In this document: piece by piece, positions 37,441 to 51,484 of the stretch | Position numbering within the stretch: position 1 is the stretch's first letter | Layout of the letters: each line of letters opens with the position of its first letter | Assembly: GCF_036321535.1 (NCBI RefSeq) | Contig: NC_087436.1 | Span: 107,324,001-107,388,000, forward strand | Source: Camelus dromedarius | Taxonomy: Eukaryota | DNA: 64,000 nt | Direction of reading: 5' to 3' | The notes under the pieces: generated by a model | What the model was told of the DNA's origin: nothing | Seen by the model: the letters and a program-made list of their open reading frames with translations, nothing else | Database searches by the model: none | Translations under genes and position numbers: made by a program

Positions 37441-38426
37441 AAATGCTATGTATGTGTCAGACTGGATGCTAAGCACAGGGGATACAAGGGTGCACTCTGC
37501 CGTGCTTTTTGTCCTTGGACAACTTGGCTACATGCAATTATAAAACAGCTGACATAAGGACCCTTGCAAGAAAGCCAGGGAGGAGTGTTTATCCAGATGT
37601 GGGCTGGAGTCAGAACTCTCAAAGAAGTGACTCCTAGACTGAAAAATAAAGGAAATGTTGAATCATCAAGGTGAATTTCTGGGAGGTAGGGAGAAAAAAA
37701 AAAAAGAGCTAGGATCAGAAAAAGCCCAAGAGGTAAGAGAGAGGGTCACCCGTTAAAGGGACAGACAGTAAAAATTACAACAGATTTGAAATATCTGTTC
37801 ACATAGAAATGTTATTTAAAATGGTAGTTATTATCCACTTTATGGTATAAAGGATTAATTTTAAAAACCTCATGACTCCCTAATTCCATTTCTAAGGGCA
37901 TACCCTGGAGAAACGCTCATGTATTCTCACAAAGAGAGTAAATGAGATGATTGAAGGAGAGTTTTTGGTAATAGCAAAGTCCTAGAAACAACCTATGTCC
38001 TGTCACCAGTAGAACAGATCTTTAATTTGAGGCTCATCCACAGAGAAAATGCTGATCAGCAAGTTAGCGTGAACGCATCACGTGACAACCTTTGTGTTGT
38101 TTATGAGACGGGTTAGGGAGAGGTTCCACCAAGTAGGGCACTGGATTGAGAGAACTGAAGCTTGCCCAGAATCTGTGTGGTGGGCCCTGTGATATGGCGT
38201 CCATATGAGAGAATTATGTTTAGACAGCCTTCTACGAAAAATTTAAACCCATGCAAATGTGCATGTCCAGCCGCAACGTGATTTTACATTGACTTAGTGT
38301 CTGGCTCTTTATAGTCTCTGCTCATTGTCAGAAAACTTCCTAGGCTGGCAAAGGATTTGGATTAAACAGAAAAAATAAAATAAAATTTAAAAATTCAATG
38401 AATGAATCAGAGCATAGATAGCCCTC

Positions 38427-38758
38427 TGCTCTGGTCTGAATGTGTCCCCCTAAATTCAGATGTTGAAATCCTAATGCCCAATGTGATGGTCTTAGGAAAT
38501 GGGGCTCTGGAGAGGGGCTTAAGCCATGAGAGTGGAGCCCTCAAGAATGAAATTAGGGCTCCTAAAGGGAGAACCCCTAGCATTCCCTAGCTCCCGCTGC
38601 CACGTGAGAATCCAGGAAGTCTGTGATGCATAAGAGGACCACGCTGGCATCCTAATCCCCAATTTCCAGCACCCAGAACTGTGCAAAATAAATGTCTGTT
38701 GCTTATAAACCCTCAAATTTATGGTATTTTGTTATAGCAGTCCAAATGGACTACGACA
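38427..38758 (+). mobile_element. MaLR solo LTR (MLT1A/A0-like)
   Basis: TG...CA termini; gttgaaatcctaatgcccaatgtgatgg; AATAAA at 38687; TSD CCCTC/CCCTT. Confidence 0.9.
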
Positions 38759-38819
38759 CCCTTAAAACTATAATGTTAAACAAACAACAAAAAAAATCAA
38801 GATTCCAAAGGATGTATGC

Positions 38820-39185
38820 AGGAATGAAGACATGGAGCACAGGAGGATTTTAGGGCAGTGAAACTGCTAAAATTGTATGCGGATTTCACCCTGTGCGGTG
38901 GGTCAGTGCCCTAACCCTCACATTGTTCAAAGGTCAGCTGTATTCTGTGTGATACCATCATGGTGGATACAAGACATTATCTATTTGTCAACAGCCATAC
39001 ACTATGAACTTTATTAATAATATTGTATCAATATTCACCCACCACCTGTAACAAATATCCCACACGAATGCTAGATGTTAATAGTAGGGGAAACTGGGGA
39101 AGTGAGATATATGAGAACTCTAATTTCTGCTCAATTTTTCTATAAACCTAAAGTTGCTCCAAAATATAAAGGCTATTAATTTTTA
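38820..39185 (+). mobile_element. L1MC 3' end with a nested MER8-like Tigger fragment (about 38868-38940)
   Basis: ggattttagggcagtgaaact|insert ending ttgttcaaaggtcagctg|tattctgtgtgatacc...gctcaatttttctataaaccta. Confidence 0.75.
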
Positions 39186-39974
39186 AGAGAATATATATAG
39201 TACATTTATCATATTTTATATATTTAAAATATATGAAACAATCCCTGGATTTTCTGAACAGATACGTATGAAGTAAATGTGTAACAACATGTCTGGGGGT
39301 GATCAATTCAGGCTAGTGGTTCCCTTTGGGGAGAAAAGGGAGGTGTGTGGAAACAGGGAGGAGCATGAGGGCCCTTTGCATCTTCTGTGTTTCATTCCTT
39401 AAGTGGGCTAATGGCTGTTGATTACTTTATACACAATCTTTTTTTATACCCAAAATAGTTCATGACTTTCATGTAAGAAAAGAGGTCACAGCTAGAATCA
39501 AGTAGACTAAAGCAATTACAAGAAAGCCCTTTAGGTCCTCACTTAGCATCTATGTACCCATACCTAGGATTAAGTGTAGTCTCCAGACCAGCAAAAAGAC
39601 AAGATGGGCTGTACCTTATGGAACGGAACCCTGGGGAGACAGGAGAGGCTATTAAAAGGAGGAGATCTGAAAAAAGCAAAAATGACAGTTGATGTCAAGG
39701 TAGGGTACCAAAGATCTGCACAAAGAAATCATGAATAATAAAGCTGACTGTACCCTGGAGCCATGTCATAGAAGCAAAATTTTTATATATCCCAATGGCT
39801 CTCAAGTTATGTCTATATATGGGGTTTAGAGGGAGGGAGAAAAAAATACTGGTCTTCAATCTTAGAAGGAAATAGGTATGAATACTAAACTACAATTTTG
39901 GTCAAGCATGGTGCTCATAGTTTTGGATAATTTATTTAAAATTAATGAAGAAGCTTAATCTCAGAGAGCTTAGG

Positions 39975-40887
39975 CAATGGTGTGCTATAAATATTAGCAA
40001 CTGGCTATATGTTTTAAAAGGTATATACCTATATGTATATATACGTTTATTATAAACTTTACTGATATAAGGGGTGTGTAATATTCAATTTCCAAATAAT
40101 AATATGCAATGCTCTTTACTGTAAATTCTATACAGCCAATTGACTCTCATAGAATGCTTGTTTACATTTTTGCCAAATTCTTACATTGGTAGCCAACCTA
40201 TGATACACAACCTAACAAATGGGAGTATTTATCACTTACGTAACTGTTGGCAAATGTCTTTGCTTAAATTATCAGGCACAGTGAAAAGAAAATAACAAAC
40301 ATATACCAGAATTTCACTTGTTTATCAGTGACACTGAGCAACTTCTTTGCCGAATTGGACAACAGTTCTCAAACACTGGTAAAATACTGCCCAGAATCTT
40401 TTGTCTACTCGAAATGTAACAGTTACAGACCTGACACACATACATTTACTCTGCATTATTAATATTTTCTCTATCACTTTCTTAGATCCAGACAACCAAC
40501 AAGACAATAAATCAAATACTGAATTGTAAGCACTTGCCAATTTCTTTGGTGTAAACACTCCACATGACCAGTTTCAGGGAACCAATGGGATAGCACTGAA
40601 GGCAGAGTCGTGAAAAGATGAGCACATCATACAGTATTTCTTCTATACAGATACCAGAAATCTAAATAAACTTAAGGCCATAACTAATAAAAAAAAAAAG
40701 CAGTAAAATAATTAGGGAGTAGTGATTTTGAGCATTTATTACCTTTGTTTCTAATCCAAATTATTTACTTACAAGTTTCTATAGTTGAATTTTTAGTGCT
40801 GGCTGTGTTTAAGAATCAGCTCATAAAATTACTGAAAACTTAACAGGCACTGGTGAGTCACTATAAGCTGGCTTCACCACATCACTG
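39975..40887 (-). mobile_element. MER63-family hAT-Blackjack element inserted in a MIR
   Basis: Termini caatggtgtgct and ccacatcactg are near-inverted; the MIR core (ctcagagag...gtgacttacctaagatcacac) continues on both sides. Confidence 0.75.
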
Positions 40888-41141
40888 ACGAGTGACTTAC
40901 CTAAGATCACACTCTTATTAAGTAGTAGAATCAATATGCGTCTCTATATCTGTCTAATGTTGATGTCCAAGTCCTTCCGCTGGACCATGCTGCTCTTAGT
41001 AACAAGGACTGACTGATAAAGGAAGAATCAACTTATGCCCATGCTACTCAATTTACAAAGCCTAACAACTTACACATTTTGGAAAACACTCCATCTGAAG
41101 TGCTTAAAACAAGTTTTGACAACTTTAAGAAGTAAATATCA

Positions 41142-41461
41142 TCCAAAAAAAGTGATACAAATGAACTTATTTACAAAATAGAAAGAGACTCACAGACATA
41201 GAAAACAAACTTATGGTTACCAAAGGGGAAAGGGTGGGGAGGGATAAATTAGGAGTTTGGGGCTAGCAGATACAAACTACTATATATAAAATAGGTAAAC
41301 AACAGGATCCTACTGTATAGCACAGGGAACTATATTCAATATCTTGTAATAACCTAATATAGTATAACCTACATATATATATAAAACTGAATCACTATGC
41401 TGTACACCAGAAACTAACACAACATTGTAAATCAACTATACTTCAACATAAATAAATAATA
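41142..41461 (+). mobile_element. Artiodactyl-type L1 3' end with a 15-bp TSD
   Basis: TSD aagaagtaaatatca (41127-41141) and aagaagtaaatgtca (41462-41476). Confidence 0.9.
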
Positions 41462-42199
41462 AAGAAGTAAATGTCAGTTAGCAGGAAAATGTACTTATGT
41501 GCAGTAGCTCATTCTAGCTGTACACTAGCTAGATGAAGCATATCTAAGCAATCATGTTTCTGTGAGAAACTAGAATATGACTTGAAAATTAACCATTATA
41601 ATTGAAATTTTGATTAAAAAATATATAGTGACCATTACTATTAGAACTTGAATGTACATTTTCCTGGATGAATGATATTAATAACTTATTTGTTCAACAG
41701 GGATTTTCTCAGGATAAAATTATGTCCACATTGTAAAAGTTTGTTCTTTATGAGGAAAAAGATTACCATTTCCAGGGAGACTACATATCTTGAGCTATCC
41801 TTCAAACAATTATGATTGCTGGGTGAAATACAGGAAGTATATATTTTAAATGTGCCATTGATCTGGCAGGATGTTAGGCAACCTCAAAACAAAGTGAGAG
41901 ACGTAATTCAGAGGCATCAGTGAGGAGTGATACAGGCTTCTGTCCTGAGAGCATCTGAGAAGCTCAGGTGATATGAGCTTCCATTTTAATGGCCGTGGAG
42001 GACAAGAGCGAAAAGAAGCAAAGAGTAAAGCTCACCAGAGGTGGGCAGCCTATGTTGAGACGCTCACGTAAATCTGACGGCACAAGGACTCCACACCTTG
42101 TGCCAGAATAAACAAGAAACAAGCTCTGCCTAGGGAAGAGACAACAAAACAAGCAGCTTGACTCAAAGTTATGGCTCAATGTTTGTAACCACAACTCAG

Positions 42200-45100
42200 C
42201 TCTCAAACCGCTAATTAAGTGTGAGAGTGGAAAAAGATTTTAGCAGACATACAAGCACTCTCACTGGATATTGGAAAGAATTTTGCCTCTCATTGGATAT
42301 TACTGGAGGATAAATTTTTCCAAAACAATGATGTAAACCAAGGAAGATAAAGATCTAGGATCCAGAAAATGAGAAATTCAGCAGCAGAAATCTCTAGAAT
42401 GAAGGCACTGTGCAGCAAACCCAAGGAGTAACCAGTCCACTCAAGCATGTCATAGTCTATGGGAAATCTTTCTTCAAGAATATTATATTATTAGAATATC
42501 TAGTTTGTTTTTCTTTTTTTAAGATTTACTATGGAATTGTCAACCTGCACAAAAGTAGGCAGAATAGTACCATGAAGCCCCATGTACCTGTAGTTCAGCT
42601 TTAGAAGTTTCCAACCTTTTGCCAATCTTGTTTCACCTCTGTCCCACCCAGGCTTCTTCATTCAGTGGTAAACATTTCAGTATACACTGTAACTGACAAG
42701 AATATTTGTGATAAATTGCACATAACACGAAGCTTATCATCTTAGCCACGTTTAGGGGTACAGTTCAATGGCATTAAGTACACTGACCGTGTTGTGCGGC
42801 CGTCACCATCCATCTCCAGAACAGTTTTCATCGTGCAAAACTGAAACTTTGTACCAACTTAGCAACGATTCCCCTTCTCTGTCATAGTGGAATTATGATG
42901 TGGGTAGTGAAAATGGGAAGGGAGAGGGAGACAAAGTGGACAAATGCGTTCATCTTCACCTTTCACAGGGTAAAGTCAATAGATTACACCCATAACATGA
43001 AAACAAACTCAAAAACTAGTAATACAAGCATGTTATTCAAGATATAGAAGTTAATGCCAAAACGATTAAGCAAAAGAATTCAAAGAGGTTTCCTTTAGAG
43101 AGAGGAACATGGGAGAGAATGAGGGGCTGATGGTTTCTAAAGCAGTCTTGTTTTGACTCTTTAAGTTATTTTACTATATTAATGTTAATTAGCATGAAAA
43201 TGAATTTATGAAATAATATCAAACATTATAAAAGACAGCATAGTAAATAAATACATTATTAAATATGTGGGTAATCTAAACAAGCTTTTAACATATGGAA
43301 CAATAATAAAATGCTTATTTTGTGAGAATCAAAAAGAATAACCAGATAGAGCTAAAATATTGGACAAAAAATATGGATGGATATATGCAAGCACCAAAGT
43401 GAGAAATCAGAGTTAAAGTGTCTTGGGTTCTTATACTGTTTAGAAGGGGATGAAAGACATTAACATTATACGGACTAAACTCCCTAGATGAAAGACAAAG
43501 ATTGTCAGACTGTATTTTTTAAAAACTCCAGTGATATACCATTTACCAACACACTTAAGACATAAGAATATTTAAAAAATTGAAAGTCAAACTATAGAGA
43601 AAGATAGCCCTTCTCCTCCCTAAAAAAAGCAAAGGACTTCAAGGCATTACTGGAGGTAACATGGGTCACTACATAATGACCACACTGTTATAAATATGTA
43701 TGCATCTTAGACTCTGGTTTCAAAATACGTGAAGCAAAAACTGACATAATGTAAAGCTGACAGATAATCTATCTCCACAATGGGAGATTTCAATTAACCC
43801 AAGTTCTATCAAACATTTAACAAACAAATAAAAAACAACTCTACTCTTGCAGGAATTATTCCAAAAAATAAGAAAGAATTCCTCAACTCATTTTATGTGG
43901 TTAGAATAACCTTGATACTAAAACCTTAAAATGTCTCTCAGCAACTGAAACAGGAGAAAATAAGGATGGCACATATTAACAAGCTTGATCTAATCGATAC
44001 ACATGGCATTACACAACAATGAATGCTGCAATTTAAAAATATGTAACTCTTCATGCAGAGAAAAATATCATGAAAGTCGGGCACAGATTGGTCCATAAAT
44101 AAAGCCACCATAAATTTCAAAAGGTTGGAGAAGTACAGATGCCAATCTCTGACCAATCATGGTAGAATTCAATACGTAAAGAACATTAGTTTGTTCTTTC
44201 AGAAATCTGAAAAGTTACATCTGAATAGTTAAGGATTAAAGAAGGCATAATAGTGGTCACCAGAAAATAACAAAAGCTAAGTAACAAAAAAATCAAAACA
44301 TTGTGAGATCTAGTTTAAGTGATATTTAGAAATAAAGCTTTAATGCATGTATTAGAAAAAAGCCAGAGTTACAGCTAATAAATTAATAAAAGAGTTATAG
44401 CTAATAAGCCAAAAGAATATATAATGGAATTGTAAAAAAAAAAAAATCTGAAAAAGACAGAAAAGGAGAAAGAAAATAATGACAGATAGAACAAATAGGA
44501 AATAAATAGCAAAATGGTAGATTTAAACCTAACCATGTCAATAATATTATTAAGTATAAATGAGCCTAAACAACCCAGTTGAAAGGCAAATATTACCAGA
44601 TTGGTAAAAACACCGGACTCAGCTATTTACTGCCTACAAGAAACCCACTTTAAACAGAAAGACAAAAGAATGTTAATAGTGACAGGTTAAAAAAGATATA
44701 CCATTACTAATCAAAGAAAACTGAAGTAGCTATGTTAATACCAATGTAGATTTCAGAGCAAGAATGTCGCCAGGTATAAGAAAAGTAATTTTATAATATT
44801 AAAGGATCCATCTTTTAAGGGGACTTACAAGCCTAAATATTTATTCACCTGATAACAGAAATTTGAAACACATGAAGCAAAAATTGATTCAACTACAAAA
44901 AATAAACAAATCCACAATTATATTTAGATATTTCAATTAAAAAGACCAACAAGACTATTAAAAAATGGACTAAAGATGTGAACAGTTCCTTCACAGAAGG
45001 AGAAACACATGGCTAGTAAACATTTTAAAACATGTAGATCAGTAAAAACTGGGAAATGCAAATGAAAACCACAATAAGATACCATTCTACAATCACACAG

Positions 45101-45820
45101 TTGGCACAAAATTTAAAAGTTGGGCAATATTGAGCCTAAGAGAGACTGTTGCAAAGCAGGAATGTCTGTACACTACTGGTTGGAGAACAATATGGAAATA
45201 TTTAGTAAAGTTGAAGGAGCACATATATCAGAACCCTGTAATTCACATACTATAACATATACCCTGCTTCTACAAATGTAGACCAGGAGACATACACAGC
45301 CATGATTGCAACAACAACAAAAACCCACACTGGAAACAGCCTAAATTTCCTTTGTCAGGACAATGAATCAGTGAATGAATAAATAAAGTACAGAACAGTC
45401 ATACAGTGAAAGACCGTGCAGGAGCAAGAATGAATGAACTACGTTTGTACAGATGAACATGCATAGATTTCCTAAATATAATATTGAGAGGGAAGAAGCA
45501 AATTGCAAAAAAATATACACAACCTATTTCCATTTATAGTATGTTCAGAACATGTAAAGCAAAATAGTAAATTGTCTAGCTGTATATTCTCACATGCAAA
45601 ACCCATAAAGAAAAGCAAGGAATTAATAAATGCAGAATTCATTTTAGTGGGTACCTCTGGGAAAGGGGGTAAGGAGACAATACTGGAGGGAGGGGGTCCT
45701 AGAAATATGGTGAGTATGTGGATATCGTTTTTTTCTTATTCTATACACATAAATTATAAATGCTATTTTATCTATTGTTTTTCCAACAAATTTTATAATA
45801 CATTTCATTTTTCACAGTAA
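42200..45820. mobile_element. Mosaic of old L1 (L1M) fragments, mostly plus strand; minus-strand pieces at about 42520-42880
   Basis: ORF2-like remnants (atggtagatttaaacc...tgcctacaagaaacccacttta; aaatgcaaatgaaaaccacaataagatacca). Confidence 0.7.
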
Positions 45821-47399
45821 AGGCCATTCACTATGCATTATTTAGATCTCTGTAGTCCCTTAAACAGATAACCCTTAGAAGATGTACTATTATTACCAAT
45901 AAGAACAAAAGCACAAAGACTGGGTAACTTTCCGAGATCACATAGCTAATAACTGTGAACATCTAAACATGATACACCAGTCCTACACTTACCGACATCA
46001 ATAGTTTAAACTCCTTCATTACCTACAACTTTGATGAATCTTGGGCAAAATGAAATCTTCCTTTTTGAATTAGTGCTTTGTTCCACCTTCACACATTTCC
46101 CAAATAATAATTACATATCCACTTTCCTCTGAGGATCTCACAGTCTAGTTGATATCAGACAAATAAAGTCTTAGACTACATTAAGAGAAGAGTTGTAACA
46201 AAATAACGTAAAAACACTACGGGAGAATTAAGAAGTAAGCACTTAAGATGTACTTCTGTCATTGGGAGGCAGACAGATTTGCCCACAAGAAAACTTTTTA
46301 AGGCAGGTGCTGAGAGATGAGTAGGAGTTATCACAGTGGATCCGATAAGGGAAAAGCGAATGAGTAACTCGGTGGCAATGCCAGGGTGAACTGCAGAAGG
46401 AGAGCACTGGGAGCCCCAATCCAGTTCACAGGTTATTGCAGTATTTTTGGCAAGAAATGACAAGCTCCTGTATTTTGCTTTTAAAGTAATTTGGAAGAAA
46501 ATAAAACTGTCTCTGAAATTCTCACCATCTGAGGACATAGAAGGGATTCCCACAAAAAAAATATAAAATATTGATATTACCTCCAAACCTAAATATCTAA
46601 GACTTCCAAGGCTACAAAATGTCATGGGAAAAGCGTGGGCTCTAAAGCCAGCATCAGTGAGTTTTGGCTCTGTCCCCACCCCTTACCTGACATCTCTGTA
46701 TGTAAAGTGAGAGGATGGTGTCTACTCCCTTGGCTTCTCATGAAAATCAACTGAGTGTCTAGCAGACACTAAATAGACCTCAGTCCTCTGTGCAAAGGAA
46801 ATCATGTCAAGCAAAAAATAGATAAGTGTGTTTGTGTATGTGTATGTGTATACTCTTCCTTCAAACCCCCAGCATGACATTACCACACTACCTCTTCTTC
46901 ATAGCACTCTCTGACTCTCCACCATACTCACACTCTCCTGAGTGTACACATGGGACCAATAACACATGGTGTAGAGTCATCACTAAAAGTATCTTTTGCC
47001 TCCTTTGCACTTTGAGCTCTGTCAAGGGAGGGTCCAGTTTTCACTCACTTATCTGTGTCTCTCCAGCAGCAAGAATGGCACATGGAAACTGTGTGCTGAT
47101 TAAAATGCTCTCTGTGTGGCATGCAAAACGTAGTAAGTAGGAATATTGGTGTTGACTATGCCATTGCTTCACAGAGATATGGAAAACGTATCTCCATGTC
47201 TGTAAGTGACTGTAAATTCTTTACTTGAAAGAGAAAATATAGTTAAAATTTAAGTAACTGCCATTTATAAATTAGGATCTGGTGTGCTTTCAAATAATAA
47301 TAATTGTTTATTTTTACAACTAGCGTTCATTAAGAGTATTAGATATAACTATCCTATGTGAAACATTGAAGTCTTAGAGAGCAAAGATTCTCTGATCTA

Positions 47400-49360
47400 G
47401 AAAGAGTGCTGGAAGCTAATCCAGAAGGAACAAGGGCCTCAAAAGTGACCCAAAAAACCCCACCAAACCACATGGAAATAAATGCGTTTCACTGTCACGG
47501 CACAGGAGGATGGAGGTTCCAGAAGGGATGTCTCCAAGAAAATAAGAACAAAAGAAACTGATGAAGTACCTGATGTGTTTGAACATGTCAAGAAGTGAGC
47601 TACATTTCTGGCAGATGGTGTAGGGTTGATTAGTGAAAGAATCTGAGAGTAGGAAGCCAATAAAAACAAAGACAAGTATTAACTCTAAGGCAAAATTAAA
47701 ACAGTGCAAGAAAAGAAACTCAATCATAGAACGTTAGGTGGCTCACTTGTGCACAATATTCATAAATTCTGATGCAAAAACTAAATGACAATTGAAACAA
47801 AATGTTAAATAACCACATTAGCAAAATGGAGAAGAGAAAGTTTGCTTTGTGAGTAGATACTGTGAGCAGGCCAAAAAAAAAAAAAAATCTAATCTGACAC
47901 AACAGGAAGTCAATATGTTATATTCTCAACTAGGACACCAAATAATAACCGTATAGTCATGCTATTCAGAAACATAAAAGTAAATTCTAGAAAAAGTGAA
48001 AAGACTCAAAAGTGTTGGCTGTGGGGAAAATAAATAAGCCGAGAGGAGTGACGTAGAAGATCTTTGTTGTTGGGCACAGTAACTATCACAGCACTATTTG
48101 AGTCTTCAAACTACGCACATAGGTTACTAAGATAAAACTAAAAGCCAAGTTAGAAAAATAAGAGTAACCACAAGAGACAGGAAATGGTAGATGGAAGTCC
48201 CAAATTGGTCAGCACTGGTTTGCAATTAGGAGCGCATGCCACTGGAGGAGGCAGGTGGAAATGGGTACATGTGCTTTCGATTGTCCCAGAGACTGGGGTG
48301 CTACTAATACTTAGTGGCAGGGCCAACAGAGAGGTTCCACCAAGTACAGAGAAGCCACACACACCAAGGAATGGCCAGATCAACTGCCAATGGCATCCCT
48401 ACTGGGAAACATTGCAGTAGACAGAGAAAAGAGTAAAGAAAAATATAACGAGAAAGGAAAAAAGACAGAAAAGAGGGGGGACAAAGCAAAAGGAAACCAT
48501 CACACTAGAAATGATAAAATAATAAAATGGTAGAAAATAGTTGAAGCATATTGGTAATCATAAAAATTATAAGCCCATTAAATAGTCCTGTTTTAGGTAA
48601 AGATTAAGAGGGGGAAAATATTTACATGTAAGCCCTGATAAAAATTAATTTAGTAACATTAATATGATATAAAAATGAGTACAAAGAAAAAACATCAAAT
48701 AGGACAAAGATAATATGTTCATATTAATAAAATTATAGTCCACCAATACTATATAGTAATCATGAACTTTAGTGCATCAAACAACAGTCTTGAAATATAC
48801 AAGTAAAAATCTCCCACAAATGCCAGGATATACTGGAAACTTAATTAACACAGTGAGAAACTCTCTCAGAAATCGACAAAGACAAAGACTTTGATTAACA
48901 AAGTTTATACCCTTATTCTCCTATGGCTAGGTGTCTATGTATGACGTTATGCATATAGGTACATATGTATATATGTACATTTATACATGTGATACACACA
49001 CACATGCAAACAAGAGAAACAAGAATTGGTACTCACCAACAGAAAATTATTTCTTCACACCCTTGAAGTATTCATAAATATTAGAATTCTTGCAGGCTAC
49101 ATTCTCTGACAATTAAACAAAAAAGAGGAAAGGAAGGAAGGGAGGGGAGGAAGATTTTTAACAACCAAAGAATAAGCCAATCTATCCACTTGGTTTTTGG
49201 TTTTTTTTTGTTTTTTTTTTAATTCTAACTAAATCTTGGAGTAAATAGAAAATAAAGCAGAATGATTTTTAAGGGGAAATGTGTTATTAAAATTATCTTA
49301 AGAAAATGCAAAAACCTGAAAACAAACATCTCTAATGCAGCTAAGTGCTTTAGAACAGAC
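47400..49360 (+). mobile_element. Degenerate L1M fragments with a MER20B-like insert (about 48210-48420)
   Basis: A-rich L1-like sequence; gattgtcccagagactggggtgctactaatacttagtgg resembles the hAT-Charlie MER20 family. Confidence 0.5.
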
Positions 49361-49573
49361 TTTTCCTCAACAGATGGGAGTTGAGGCTGAATAGAGGAAG
49401 AGACGGGGGCTGGCGGAGACAGCTTTGCCTGCATCTGGGGTACCAAGATACTGCCCAGCCATGGGGAAGTTTCTGAAGAAGCCACAGATGTGTCTATGAG
49501 AAAAAGAATCAGCTCTAAATATCTGCCAAAATCAGACGTATGAAACCAACTTAAGAACTTTGCTTTTCAATAC

Positions 49574-49645
49574 CTTGCCTTCAACCAGGTCAGAAGCTTT
49601 GGTAAACAACTTGCCTTCAACCAGGTCAGAAGCTTTGGTAAACAA
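49574..49645. repeat. Perfect 36-bp tandem duplication
   Basis: (cttgccttcaaccaggtcagaagctttggtaaacaa)x2. Confidence 0.95.
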
Positions 49646-49849
49646 CTGGAAATAAGAGAAGCAGGGGGAAAAAAGAAGATGGCCACGCCCTCTCCCCCAA
49701 GAAAGCTAAGAAAGAGAATGAACGTTGAATTTGATTTGGAGTTTTAACTATTTCACAGATTAATTATTCTGAATATCAAAATGAGGTCGTGCTTTGCAAT
49801 CGAAGTGGCCAGGGTCCCAGCAAGAAGCAGGTGGCACTCAAACAGGGTA

Positions 49850-50285
49850 AATGAGGAGAGTTTCGTACCAGGACTGTCTACCACGATGTGAGCAGGGTTT
49901 GGGGAAAGCAGCAAGGGATGGCGCAGCACCTCTGGGCTTGCAAAAGCATGGAGTCGTTAGCACCCCGGAAGGGGCTGGGGGCAGAATTGGCTTCCAAAGC
50001 CTGGAGAGAGCAGTGGCTTGCCGAGTGCTGCCTGGCAGGTGAGGAGCTTTTGGTAGAGCCAGCACGCTGCAATCCAGCACGGGGGGGGGGGGATTTGAAG
50101 AATAAATACTCTGTCTTCTCCCTCCTCCCATCTGGACTCTACCATCTCCTGCTAATGCTCCCTGTTGATCAAGTTCAAACTGAAGCCAAAGGTCAGTGCT
50201 AGGCATGTAGGTTGGCTTCCAGGGCCAAGAGCAGGGAAAGGTGGAGAGTGGGTCTCAATGGACAAATAGAAAATATCTGGTACAC
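49850..50285. mobile_element. Old ERVL/MaLR LTR-like element
   Basis: ggtggagagtgggtctcaatggacaaatagaaaatatctggtaca resembles an LTR41/MLT1-type terminus. Confidence 0.45.
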
Positions 50286-51027
50286 AGTAAGACTTAAGGC
50301 CACCAGAGAAACCAAACCCACCTGTGTTTTCTTCTAGAAGGAAGGGAAGAACCACCCCCACTAGGTTAAGTGTAAAGGGACTGTGAGAAGAAAATAAAAC
50401 TGACTTTTATGAGGGTGCCCTGAGTGTCATACTTGTTGACTATATGAATATAATGTATAACAGAATGTGATTAATAAGTTAATTACTGACTTGGTAATTC
50501 AGAGAAGTGATCAATTCTTCTAGGAATAAATAGTGAGAAGAAATTTAATCCTGGGTCTGGGCCACGACCTCCTGGGCTCCAACCAGGTACTTGTCATCTT
50601 GTTTGTTTTCTCATAATCATAATGTCTTCAGCTACAAAGCCTTCTCAGACTCCCTCTTCATTCAATGTAGTCCTGTTTAACACATGCAGCTTTTTGTCTT
50701 CACTGCTTTTGCCTCTGCTATTCTACTGCAATTATTCTTTTATCTTTCAATTAAGTCTCTTTGCATCCAGCCATTTATACACAGAATGACTCTATCTAGT
50801 GAAAGGCACTCTTCTCTGTCTTTGAAAGAAAACCTCTACTCTTCTTTTCATCCATCAGAGCACTGCATTCATCTAGGCTGGCTTCAGCTTCTGATTGTCA
50901 CTATGCTAATCAGAGATCCACTGGGAGGATGAAATGGTATACTGGAAAAAGCAGCATGGTCGTAGTAACAGCTATCGTTCATTAAGCTCTTACCAGGGGG
51001 TAGGCGCTTTGCTAAGCACTTTACAGG

Positions 51028-51484
51028 TGTAGGGAAGGAAAAAAATTTCCATGACCCTCGAAGGGTCCTTGGCTGAGCCTAAAAATTAAACTGACAAAGA
51101 TTAATGGGGAAAAAGTGTACAAAATTTACTTGATAAAAGCTTCACATGACATGGAAGCCTTCATAAGGAAATGGAAACCAGATGAAATGGTTAAACTTCA
51201 GTATTTTTATGCTAGGTTTGATGAAGTGTGGACAGTTGTGTGTACTAAATTGAGGGGAACCTAGCGAGGCCTGCTTATTCAGATTCTTCTCAGTGACCCT
51301 CTGTCTTCTGAGATAAGGGTGCTCCTTCGTTCCAGGTACAGGGAGAATACCTCTCACATGAAGGCTTTACGACTTGCTTCCCGAGGGGGAAGGTCAGAGC
51401 GACCTTCATGTTTCTGCCACTTCCTCAAACTCCTTCAGTTTCCAAGGTGCCATGTTTTGGGCGAGTGTGTCCTGAACCCCATCA
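51028..51484 (-). mobile_element. ERV1 solo LTR (MER34/MER39-like) inserted in a MIR
   Basis: Minus strand starts TGATGGGGTTCAGGACAC...CAAAACATGGCACCTTGG and ends CA; MIR sequence (gctaagcactttac | aaacatgaagcatctgagg) flanks both sides. Confidence 0.8.
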
